NCBI RefSeq assembly: GCF_006345805.1
Contig: NC_043011.1
Span: forward strand, 20,224,464 to 20,288,463
DNA length: 64,000 nucleotides
Direction: 5' to 3'
Source of the DNA: Octopus sinensis
Lineage: Eukaryota
The notes under the pieces were generated by a model. It was not told where the DNA came from. It ran no database searches and saw nothing but the letters and a program-made list of their open reading frames with translations. This document shows positions 40,480 to 52,224 of the stretch, one piece after another. The position numbers and the translations under genes are program-made. Position 1 is the stretch's first letter; the number at the start of each line of letters is the position of its first letter.

Positions 40480-41245
40480 TAGGGGTTCGCAACCATTTTT
40501 TTTATCTATGGACCCCTTTGATTGCTATTATATTTTAGTGGACCCCCATAGCCATTAAAAACTAGTTTTACGGAAACTTTCAAAATTCCTATTTTGTTTT
40601 TCACACATCAACTTGTGTAGGTTGAGGTGTGTAAAATGCTTTGAGAAAGAAACCTTCCTGTTTCTTGCAGTTCATACCAATAAATACATCTGAAGCAAAA
40701 CAATTTTAGGGGCTTCGGGTCTTTTCGGTTTGAACGGCAGTTTTTAACATAATTTCTAGGTAACTAAAATTTTTTAAACTTCGTATACTGGTAGAATGTG
40801 TTTATAAAACATCTTTTTCTCTTGGCTTTATTGAGAAAATTCTATAGTTTGTAAGATATTTGTTGTTGTTTTTCTTCAATTTCTGCAATTTCAACCAATC
40901 ACTGACGTCTATTGAGTTAAAAAACATTCTGTGCTGTATGAATATGTCCCTTGTTTAAGAAACAGATTGGGTTTATTTACATTTGTGAAGAAAAAAAGAT
41001 ACCCTTCCTCCCACCCCTAACCCTAAACCTAAAACAGATTGAAATGCAATAGATCGATACTATGGTCATAATTATGGGTGACAATTTCATATGACACCGC
41101 TAGAAAAAACTGCCGTTCAAACCGAAAGGATCCGGAGCCTCTATAATACTATTGTGGAACCCCAGTTTACAATTTTGTTGCATGGACCCGCACAAATCTT
41201 ATATAGAACCTCAGGGGCCTTATGGATCCCGGTTGACAACCACTG
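40480..41245. mobile_element. hAT (Charlie/Buster-like) MITE interrupted by a nested MITE
   Basis: TIRs TAGGGGTTCGCAACC / GGTTGACAACCACTG; perfect 8-bp TSD aactaact (40472-40479 and 41246-41253) with central TA. Confidence 0.85.
40717..41133. mobile_element. Merlin-like MITE, copy 2 (nested)
   Basis: Highly similar to 20190-20610; flanks ggggcttc / ggagcctc (6/8). Confidence 0.85.
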
Positions 41246-41742
41246 AACTAACTGAATGAGCATCGTCGAGAACGACGAAGAATCTACCGTATATGTTTAG
41301 ATAGAAGTTATGAATAAAAAAGTAATTCGATAAATTGTTTATATAAAGAATGTCCATCTGATTATTTCATTTTTAGATCGTGTCAAAAGGAGCTACATTA
41401 TGGAAGAATGATAGTAAACAACACCGAAAATAAATGGAGATTGAATGAGATATTTCTTTATGTTTCTTTAGTTGATTTTTATGTACATGAGTTGCAGATT
41501 TTTTTCTATGGTAATGACACTATAAGAACTTAGAGCTAAAGATCAGGTCATAATACAAGACCAACTGAGAATAATAATAGATGCTGAAAGAAGCAACCTC
41601 TGCATGTGTTGTACCTAACTGAACTATTCAGTGGTGAGATAAGGTTTTTTTCTTTCCGACATCCGTTTTTCTCCACAGGTGTTAACTCCAAATAATATTA
41701 TATGAGTAATTGAAGTTCCAAGGCGCAATACAAATATATATA

Positions 41743-41744
<2 letters not shown>

Positions 41745-41787
<43 letters not shown>

Positions 41788-41827
41788 GACAGAGAGAGAG
41801 ACATATGTACATATGCATATATATATA

Positions 41828-41867
<40 letters not shown>

Positions 41868-42073
41868 GATCATATATTTATACACACGCACACACAGAAA
41901 TATATTTCTACATAAATATATGTATGTATGTATATATACATATGAGTACACATATGCATATGTATATATATATATATAGTATGTATGTATGTATTATATA
42001 TATATATATGTGTATATATATATATATATGTATGTATGTATGTATGTATTATTATATATATATATATATGTAT

Positions 42074-42109
<36 letters not shown>

Positions 42110-42185
42110 ATATATATGTATTATATATATATATGTATGTATTATATATATATATATATATATGTAAGTATTATATATATATGTA

Positions 42186-42218
<33 letters not shown>

Positions 42219-42233
42219 CATACACGTATATGC

Positions 42234-42268
<35 letters not shown>

Positions 42269-42270
42269 AA
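41745..42270. repeat. (TA)n-dominated microsatellite
   Basis: Directly visible. Confidence 0.95.
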
Positions 42271-42343
42271 TATTAGGGAATAAATCCAAATTTACAGGGA
42301 AAAAATCAGATTTAGGATTAAATCCAATTTTATAGTAAAATAT

Positions 42344-42499
42344 TATAAAATATTATTAGAGACAAAACCACTATTTTGCAAAACAAACAAGGAAAGACTT
42401 AATCAATACATAAAATTTTAATTAAAATTTTATGTATTGATTAAGTCTTTCCTTGTTTGTTTTGCAAAATAGTGGTTTTGTCTCTAATAATATTTTATA
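42344..42499. repeat. Perfect 156-bp spacerless palindrome made of two family-E 3' ends
   Basis: 78-bp arms centred between 42421 and 42422; the arm matches ~32688-32760. Confidence 0.9.
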
Positions 42500-43015
42500 T
42501 ATATATATATATTATATATATATATATATACATAAAGCAAGGATGCCGAGAGAGTGTGAGAGTGAGAGAAAAAGCGAATATATAAATAGTTTTGATGCGC
42601 AAACAGTTAAACAGAAAATGATATTAAGTTTATTAAGCGAATACACTGAATATACAAAAATTTAAACAAACGGTGTCGTTAGTCAAGTACTCCAAAATAT
42701 CAGATTTCGAATCTATCAGCAAATAAAACATCAAAAAGGTTATTCAGTATGTAAGGCAATGAAACTAAGTGTATTTATATTCGTCACTTGTTACGTTGTT
42801 TCTTATATTTTCTCACAGTTAGTGATTCTTGGAGAAGTGAAAAACAATATACTTTAAATCTGTTTTATTGCTAAAGGCGCAAACCTCAGAAAACTCCAGG
42901 AAACTCTCGGGGTAGTGAGGGAGAAAGCCATAGGGTTCGAACAGGTATATTTGTTAGTTGGTGTATATACATATATGTGTGTGTGTGTATGTGTGTATGT
43001 ATGCGTGTATTCATG

Positions 43016-43051
<36 letters not shown>

Positions 43052-43118
43052 CATATAATTTTATACGCACATAACATGTATATGTATATATATATATATA
43101 CATATGTATATATATATG

Positions 43119-43150
<32 letters not shown>

Positions 43151-43151
43151 T

Positions 43152-43860
43152 TAGACAAAATGAGATAACAAAGTAGTGAGTAGTTTTCAGGACATTTATA
43201 AGGAAAAAGATATAGGTATAGTCTTACAGCTGTTTCTGGGATATTATGGATATCCCTTCATCAGAGACGATGTGAGGTGGTTAAATAGAGGTAAATATTT
43301 CAGTTCGAAATAAGGAATTATTATGGAAAAGGAAGAGATGGAGAATATAGAGGGAAATAAGAGAATGAAAGTAGAAATAAAATATAAAATATAGAAAGAT
43401 ATTGTAGTTTCAGTTCCATTATTCGAGGAAATGCTGTATAGAAGTTGTAAAACGTTTCCTGTACATTGTATGTAAGCTCCAATAGTAGTTCATGTCTAGT
43501 CATTTCAAAATATGGAGCCGTAGATTCTCTGTTGCTCATTCGAAAGTGTCTTGTGGTGTGAATGAAAATTTAGTATTTTTGGACAGATGGGAGGGAGAGA
43601 TGTGTTTGATTAGAATGAGGAGATAGGTCAAAAGGAAAACAGGAATATAAAATGTGAGGAAGAAAGAGAGAAAAAGAGAAAGAAAAGCGAGCAAAAACGA
43701 AAAGTGAAAAAAGTGAAGAAAGAGTGACAGAAGTGAGAAAAGGAGTGTCAGTTGGTGGTCAAGATAATGTTAAGAGAGGAGGTAAGAGGAGTGGGGAGGA
43801 ATAGGAAGAGATGAGAAGGTAAGGGGTGATTAAGTGTGAGATATGTGAATATATATATAT
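43152..43860 (-). mobile_element. Penelope-type terminal repeat with hammerhead motif (family C)
   Basis: Minus 43221-43268: GUCU-CUGAUGA-A-GGGAUAU-CCAUA-AUAUCCC-A-GAAAC-AGCU-GUA-AGAC, then ~65 nt and (TA)n. The body recurs at 61975-62560. Confidence 0.7.
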
Positions 43861-44143
43861 ATATATATATATGCACATACATGCATATATAATATAAAAT
43901 ATATATATAATACATACACACACACATATATATATACATACATATATATATATAAATCTTAATAATACTATAGCTCTAGATATGTTTGTTTGTACCCGAA
44001 ATATCTCTGAAATATTATATTTTAATTTTTTTGCATAATTAGAAAGTGAGTGAGTGAACGTGTTTTCTCGTGTATATGTAAGTGACACTTTGTCTCTCTT
44101 TCTCTCTCTCCCTCTTTCTCTATCTCCCACTTTCTCTCTCTCC

Positions 44144-44189
<46 letters not shown>

Positions 44190-44751
44190 TGTCCATTTCA
44201 TATACACATTCATACATCTTTCAATTTCTCCCCTCTTTCACTTTAAAGCAAAAGTAAATAAATAAATTTTATGGAAATTAACGAACAAAACCAGCCGATC
44301 TGGATGACAGTCCTGAGAGTCAAAGTGAAAGATTGCCCAAAAAGAATGCGATTACAAATATTTTTTCGAGTGCATTCAACGTATCTCAGCTCCAAAGATT
44401 TGGCTGCTACTTCTAGCACGCCCTGCTACCACGTAACAGCTATTTGCGATAAAGGACCCGAAATACATGTTACGTGGTAGCAGGGTGTGCAAGAAAAAGC
44501 AGCCAAATCTTTCTTTTTCCATGGAAAGAAGACGTTTACGCATGATTTCCGTATCACATTTGTTGAAAGCATGCGAAATAACTTGAAAAAGAAAAAAACA
44601 CGAAACAAAATTCCGTTGCTGGGAAACTCAGACATTCCAGGTGACCCAACAGATCACGGGTGGGCCTGAATAGAAGTGGTATGAGAGCAGGCACCACAGA
44701 GGAACTGATGTTATTATAATTAAGGTAGAAAAACTGTGTTGTGTGTGTATG

Positions 44752-44815
<64 letters not shown>

Positions 44816-45445
44816 ATGTGTGTGTGTGTGCGTATGTGAGTGCAAGCTTCACAAAACATCCGAGACACACAGGGAAGTTCTTAACTATAAATTATACGGC
44901 ATCTCTACTTTCAGTGACCATGGAAAAGAATTTGCGCTAAAATGCAGACTGAACAGTGATAGGAAGGTTCACCAAATAAATACTGTAACAACCACTGCAA
45001 AAGCAGCCACTCTTGCCAGATCTATACAAAAGAGTGTAAGTCCTGTTAGGGACTAAAGAGCTTCATCCGTGTTGCTCATATTCAAACAAACAATCAATCG
45101 ATGGCTCTACTTGAAATTGACTTCCAACCATCATCTATGTATGTATGTATGTATGTGTATATGTATGTATGTATGTTTTTCGCTTTCTCTTTTTAATTTT
45201 GAGTAAATTTTGACTGGTCACCGACTTGGTAGCAAGGTTGTGAAGGAAAGTGTCTTCTTTTAACCATCATTCTTTAAATCTTTAGAAGGTCTTGCATATT
45301 TTTATAGTGCCAGATGTTGTGATCATTTATATCATATGAATTAAGGATTTGCATCCCCTCCCCCAAGATCCCAAGTTCAGCCATACTTTGCCCCAGACGG
45401 GTTGCTATGTATCCTGTTGTGACAATAATAATAGCTGTGAAGCTG

Positions 45446-45476
<31 letters not shown>

Positions 45477-45479
45477 GTT

Positions 45480-45955
45480 ATGTCAGGTCACTTTCGAGTG
45501 GTACTGGTAACATGTAACCCAGTACAACCTGTTGCATGGTCGGGTCGTCGGCAACTAAACCGGCAACCCCACCAAGCTTGCTTGGTGAGGAGGGTGTTTA
45601 TTGGACACCCTGCAGGACGAAAAACAAAACCCGTCAAATAGTGGAGGAAGTCTTGAGAGAGCGGTTAAACCATTGGGAGTGAAGGACTCCTAGCCTTTGT
45701 TAGGGCATTCTTCTAAGAGATGGTAACTCAGGTAACTGGGATAACTCCGAAATATAAACTGCGGCTCAGTGATTACCGATGATGTTGACTTGTTCTTCTT
45801 TTCGGATTATTGCTGCTGTTGCTTAGTGAGTGGGATTGATTCAGTGCACAGCCTTTCCTCAATTTAAAAAAAATCTTCTTGCACAGGTATTACACGATAA
45901 CAACATTGATTAAGCTTCGTGCAATGGCCATACTCGATAACGAGGGGGCAGCCAT
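45480..45955 (+). mobile_element. Unclassified GC-richer insert (possible LINE 5' region) within (TATG)n
   Basis: Composition shift, local hairpins, (TATG)n on both sides; no ORF recognised. Confidence 0.35.
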
Positions 45956-46510
45956 GTATGTATGCATGTATGTATGTATGCATGTATGATGTATGAATGC
46001 ATGTATGCGTGTATGTATGTATGTATGTATGTATGTATGTATGTATGTATGTATGTATGTATGTATGGATGTATGCATGTATGTAGTATGTATGTATGTA
46101 TTATGTTGTATGTATGTATGCATGTATATATGTATGTATGTATGTATGTATGCATGTATGCATGTATGATGTATGCATGTATGAATGTATGAATGCATGT
46201 ATGCGTGTATGATGTATGTATGTATGTAGTATGTTGCATGTATGTATTGAGGTATGCATGTATGTATGTATGGTATGTATGTATGTATGCATGTATGTAG
46301 GTATGTATGTATGTATGTATGTATGTATGTATGTATGTATGTATGAATGAAATGTATGCGTGTATGTATGTATGTATGTATGAATGCATGTATGCGTGTA
46401 TGTATGTATGTATGTATGTATGTATGTATGATGTATGTATGTATGTATGTATATGTATGTACGTACTGTATGTATCTTTGTAGGTATGCATGTATGTACA
46501 TGTATGTATT
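45955..46510. repeat. Degenerate (TATG)n satellite
   Basis: Directly visible; source of the HTYI pseudo-ORFs. Confidence 0.95.
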
Positions 46511-48167
46511 ATTATTAGGTATGTACTGTAAACTATGAGTAAAAAAAAAAGATGTGGTCATGTATACCTGAAATGTATACATACATATGTAAGATGTCTC
46601 TAGTAACAAACAGTGTAGCAAAACGGCCATGATGATGCACCACCGTTTTGCTACACTGTTGTTACTAAGAGACTCTTCTATGTGTGGCACTTGGTGAAGC
46701 ATGGAATTTGATATAGCTACCCTCATTTGCACCTCTTACCGTGAGGTAGGCTCATCTGGGACTCTCGACAGGAAGAGGTCCAGCTTTGATTTAAAAATCC
46801 CCTACATCTACTTTGTGCAAGCTCCTCAGACTCTTTAGGAGAATATTATAAAGCTGTGGGCTGTGTATAAATATACTTATGCATGTATAAATGTACGTAT
46901 ATTTACCCTATATATTCAGTCTCGTTGTTTTAGGAAATTATATTACAAAAATACACATATTTCTTCAACTGCGAGATATTTTTATCTTTGAAGAACTAAG
47001 AGAATAATCTTCACAGATTACTGTCCTACTTTCTGGAGCAAGCTGTAGCACAGGAATAGCACTAAGAGTCGGTGTCATTGATAAGCATAATGTAATGACG
47101 AACACTTATTTGTCAGTTTACTGTACCCATTTTAGTTGATTAGTGAGATTAATACCTGGGAAATTTATTCCATTAAGTTTGTTAGTACATGCTGACAAAC
47201 CTCCGGCACCTTATCTGTACTTCAAATATGACGGTGTGTAAAGAGAAACTCGATATTGTTAGTTATACATTAATACAACTGTAACGACAAAATAGATTAA
47301 GATTCAATAAATATCAAAGGAGAGCGGACTAATAGGATTGAGACTCTAGAGGAAAATTAGTAAATATATTGTTATGGCAAATGAGTAGTCCTTTGTGTGT
47401 TGCTTCAATATATTGCTGATTGAACTATACAATTTGATATTATCCTAAACGGTATTCGTAATTCATGGGACAGACCCCAATTATTGAACAATATTATTGA
47501 TAAAACACTTCAGTAACTTACACAATCAACAGCGGAGAGGGCTGATGTGCCAAATAAGTAGCACTATTTAGGTCGTATATGTTTTTTATAAGTTTGAATT
47601 CAAAGCTTTCTCTCCAGTATCGGAAAACGACGTTGCATTTACAATAGCTTTATTTAACATCCCTTTCGATCAAGGTTTACTATATCTACAGCAAGACATT
47701 TTATTTCTAATGTGCAGATCACGGTTTTTTGTTTTATTTTGTTTTCTTTTTGTTTTTTTTACGATCAATACCTGCCTACGCAGCACATCTCTTCTCCTCT
47801 TCAAGGGATTTTATTCGGTTTCGTATCGACCCAAGTAATTTCAATTAGAGTAAAGGCTGACATGTGAATTGAAAACTTTCGATTGGCTGAGATTATCGTA
47901 ACAATTGGGAGACAGATTCTTTTAGGTGTGTTTAAAATCTAAAAATAGGAAGAAAGGACCATAACACCAATAAGATCAGCTGATAGATGGTTTTGGATTT
48001 TGTATAGACAATGCAGATTGGAGTGGATCTGGTTTATAAAATTCAATTGGTAAAAGAAACACATCTGGTTTCGTTTTGTAGTATATTCTACTCAACAAGT
48101 AAGACAAAGATGTGTGTGTACGTTTGTTTGTGTGTGTGTGTGTGTGTGTTTGTAAAAGGATTCTCAT

Positions 48168-48339
48168 TTACTCTTTTACTTGTTTCAGTCATTTGACTGC
48201 GGCCATGCTGGAGCACCGCCTTTAGTCGAGCAAATTGACCCCAGGACTTATTCTTTGTAAGCCTAGTGCTTATTCTATCGGTCTCTTTTGCCGAACCGCT
48301 AAGTTACGGGGACGTAAACACACCAGCATCGGTTGTCAA

Positions 48340-48377
<38 letters not shown>

Positions 48378-48546
48378 GCAAATATACGACGGGCTTCTTT
48401 CAATTTCCGTCTACCAAATCTACTCACAAGGCTCTGGTTGGCCCGAAGCTACAGTAGAAGATCAAGGTGCCACGCAGTTGGACTGAACCCAGAACCATGT
48501 GGTTGGTAAGCAAGCTACTTACCGCACAGCCACTCCTGCGCCTATA
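48168..48546 (-). mobile_element. SINE family S1
   Basis: Similar to the other S1 copies, with a small deletion after the internal microsatellite. Confidence 0.9.
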
Positions 48547-48555
48547 CAAAGATTT

Positions 48556-48627
48556 TTCCCAAGTGGGGAATCGAACCCCGGCCACCACGGTGAGAGCGCG
48601 GAATCCTAACCACTAGACCACTTTGCA
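48556..48627 (-). tRNA. tRNA-Glu(CTC)-like sequence, probably a pseudogene
   Basis: 72 nt: TGCAAAG TG GTCT AGTGGTT AGGA TT CCGCG CT-CTC-AC CGTGG TGGC CGGGG TTCGATT CCCCA CTTGGGA A. Intact A/B boxes and anticodon arm, but 2 acceptor-stem mismatches, 1 T-stem mismatch and no T-run terminator. Confidence 0.75.
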
Positions 48628-49094
48628 GACCTCGGAGGATGTAAATATATAAACATGTACATGTTCGTTTTTGAATGTCGCAGGGTATTCACATGAAAGA
48701 ATGCACACGGTGTACTGTGATATTTTCAAAAATAGATGATTTCCAGTAAGTCTGGCTGCTGAGCTGTAAGTATATTCATACAAAAAGCGAAATCAATTGA
48801 TACCAGAATACCTATATTCCTTACTTCTGTAGTTCATACAAGTAAAACTATTTCTGTAATATTCGTTACATTCGCCGTGTATCTCTAGTAAGTGGTATTT
48901 GTTTGTAAATTTTACCTATATAGGTATAAACTTGCTGGCTTATTATTGATACCTTAATTTTATATATATATATAACTTATATATGCGTATATATATATGT
49001 GTGTGTGTGTGTGACCGCGCGTGTGTGTGTGTGACCGCGTGTGTGTGTGTGTGTGTATGACCGCGTGTGTATTGTTGGCGATTTTTCCCTCTGT

Positions 49095-49446
49095 CTTCCC
49101 TTCCTTGGATCTTTCCTTTTCTTATGTTTCTGACGAAGAGCTCCGCTCGAAACGTTAAATCCTCTTTCTTTCTTTCCGTTCCTGAGCGTCCAATAACACT
49201 ATACTTGTTCTACGTCCTCGCGTTGTGTGTTTTCTCTTGGTGGTTTTCATGTTTGGATTAACTTTATATATATATAAAGTTAATCCAAACATGAAAACAC
49301 AAAGAGAAAACACAACAACGCGAGGACGTGGAACAAGTATAGTGTTATTGGACGCTCAGCAAGGGAAAGAAAGAAAGAGGATTTAACGCTTCGAGCGGAG
49401 CTCTTCGTCAGAAACATAAGAAAAGGAAAGATCCAAGGAATGGAAG
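49095..49446. mobile_element. Tail-to-tail inverted pair of hammerhead-bearing elements (family B)
   Basis: Two ~176-bp arms joined at actttatatatatataaagt. Plus 49126-49160 reads GUUU-CUGACGA-A-GAGC-UCC-GCUC-GAAAC-GUU-AAAU; the minus copy at 49381-49415 has GAAGC. Confidence 0.85.
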
Positions 49447-50253
49447 ATATATATATAGCTATATCAATATCTATCTTTATATATGTATAGATATAAATGT
49501 TTGTCATGTAGTGCGACTGATTATGAATGACAACAATATGGCTAAGAAAAACAACTTCAGGGGATTGTTCTCAACAATGAATAGAAATACGGAAGAGTGT
49601 CACATAATAATATCCACTGTAATTATCAAAAGAATTAAGTAGATGGAATTACACTTTAGAAATATTGAAAAACTAAAGAACAAAAAGTGATGCTAAGGAA
49701 GGGACATAACTACAAAAAGATCCGCGGATCAAAATATTTCAACGGTAAAGAGAATGCAGATATTAATGAATCTGATCTTTTAAGCAAACTTTGGAATTAA
49801 CTGATATGATCTGCGACTTATTTTCTCCATCTCCATCTTCATCTTCTTCAAAGATATAGATATTTGTTTGTTCTGTTGTTTTTCTTGCTTACTTTGTTGC
49901 TTTATTGCTTTTTATTTGTTTTGTTTTATATCATATTTCTATAAGTTCATATTTCTGAATGTCATTTATTTTGTTGTTTGTTTATTCTTTCTCTTCATAA
50001 AATCATAAAATAGCGCTGTGAGAGACTTAGTGTGTGCCATCATTGGAAAGAAAGTTATTAAAAGACAGCACAGATTGAAGCTGATTTCATTTTATTCTTC
50101 AAATTCTTCGAGATATTCAATAGAAGTGTAAGATTTCATGTGTATGTGTGCGTTTACGTGGTGCGCACATATATACGCACTTCTAGAAATATGTATGCAT
50201 GGACTTATGAATATATGTATCTAATGATATGAAAATACATTGAATGCACACAT

Positions 50254-50285
<32 letters not shown>

Positions 50286-50289
50286 TTAT

Positions 50290-50321
<32 letters not shown>

Positions 50322-52181
50322 AATGTATGTATATATGTATGTTATTAAGTTCAAATATTTATATATCTATATATATAATATATATATATATAGTCATATT
50401 TATATATACATATGTGTGTATGAATGAATTGTGTATCATTTATACGAGCGTATATATATATATATGACTATGCTGTTAGATATGTAGGCACAGAGAAAGA
50501 AAGCGAGAGAGAAAGAGAGAGAAAACTTTCAAGAAAGTTTTCAGTTTCCTTTTCAAAATGGCGGTATTGTACATAGATTCCAACTACTACGGGGCACATT
50601 TAACTTTTTATGCCTTCACCTATTGTCGTTCTGTGTGTGCTTTGTTGCAGTTGCTATTTCGTCTGTTGTGTATGCATGTGCCTGATTTCGTGCATTTATA
50701 TAGATATTCAAATGCGTTTTTCTTTATGTTAGTTATTATTCAGTTAATGTGTTTTTGTTATTATTTTCTATTTTTAATTTATTTTTGGGAGTTAAACTCT
50801 TCATCATACAATTTGCTTGTGTCAGTGTGCGCGCGCACGCGTGTGTGTGTTAGTCAATACGTTGCGCAGTATTTAACCTGAATAGGTCCTACATCCCACG
50901 CGGTGCCAAAGGGGTTGCGTATAAGTGAACAGGAACCAGCTTATCAATTCGTTTCTGGTGAATATATGGAAAAGGTAAAGAACTCTCATGATAACTTGAG
51001 TAAACGTCAAAGAATACAGATAAACGCTCTTTGAAAACGCGAGCCAATGAATACATTGAAATTTCCATATTTAACTGTTTATAGATATTCTTTAGCTTTT
51101 TTCGTTTAGGTGGGGTTTAGGGGGACGAACAAAGTGCTATATGGATGCTTCTGTTCGCTGTATGAGTAAGATATTGTATGGCTAATCAAAAGTTTGATTC
51201 TTCTTTTCCTGTCACCTGGGTATACGTTTTATTCTTTGCAGTCTGGACACGTGAAATAAAAACATCTAATCTCTTTAACAGCATACTGTTTCATCGTCAT
51301 CGTTGCTGTTTTTCACTAATTGACTAATTGCAGACATCAGCACTAAACAACAGCAGTAATTCATAACTATTAGAGCAAATAATTCTTCCCCTGTATAAAA
51401 CCACACGGTTAAATATGTTTTCCCGTTTTCGAGAGAGCTGAGTCTCATTTGAGGCAGTTTTCGCAACTCGTTCTAGCAGGTCGAGCGGAAAGGCAAAGTT
51501 TTCTTTCCATGCTTATGTTTTAGCAGTTGCTGTTTGTTTGTTTGTTTGTTGAGCGAAGCGGTCTTCGTCCCAGTGGGAGAAGTCCGAAACGTGGTCCTTT
51601 GCGATTCGTAAGACCCGCAGAAAAGAAAGCAGGTCAACCCCCGTCACCGATGTTGTTGCTGTTCTTGTTGGTGTAGATGTTTAGCACACCTATGATTTCA
51701 GGTGTTACAAACTGAACATGCACACGTATGATCAAAGGCATTTCAGCTGTTACAAAACTGCAAAGTAATCCCAAAAGCCAAATTATCCAAAGTGCTTTTT
51801 TTCTAAGTGGGGGCAATTAAAAGCAGGTATTTAAAATTTCTGGGTAAAACCATTAGAATTTTTGGAATTCCTTTATTTAAGATCTTTATTTAACACAGAT
51901 TCTGCTTGATTCCGCTTCACTCTTCGATTCTCTGAGGCAGGCAGACAGACAGACAGACACACAGACAGACTGACAGACAGACAGACAGACACACACACAC
52001 ACACAGATAGACAGACAGACAGACAGACAAATAGATGATTGATTCAATGTTATGAAGAAAGCTACGTTGTCTGTAAAATGAATGTTACTTTTCTTAGCGA
52101 GTAATAGTTACTTGTCGTCAAAGTCGCTGTTGTTGTTGTTGTTGTTGTCTTCGTCGTTCTGGCTTATTATTATTATTATTA

Positions 52182-52224
<43 letters not shown>

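Noticed and set aside
51634-51816. ORF with signal-peptide-like hydrophobic N-terminus
   Set aside because: Non-ATG start, 60 aa, no homology recognised, no splice support.
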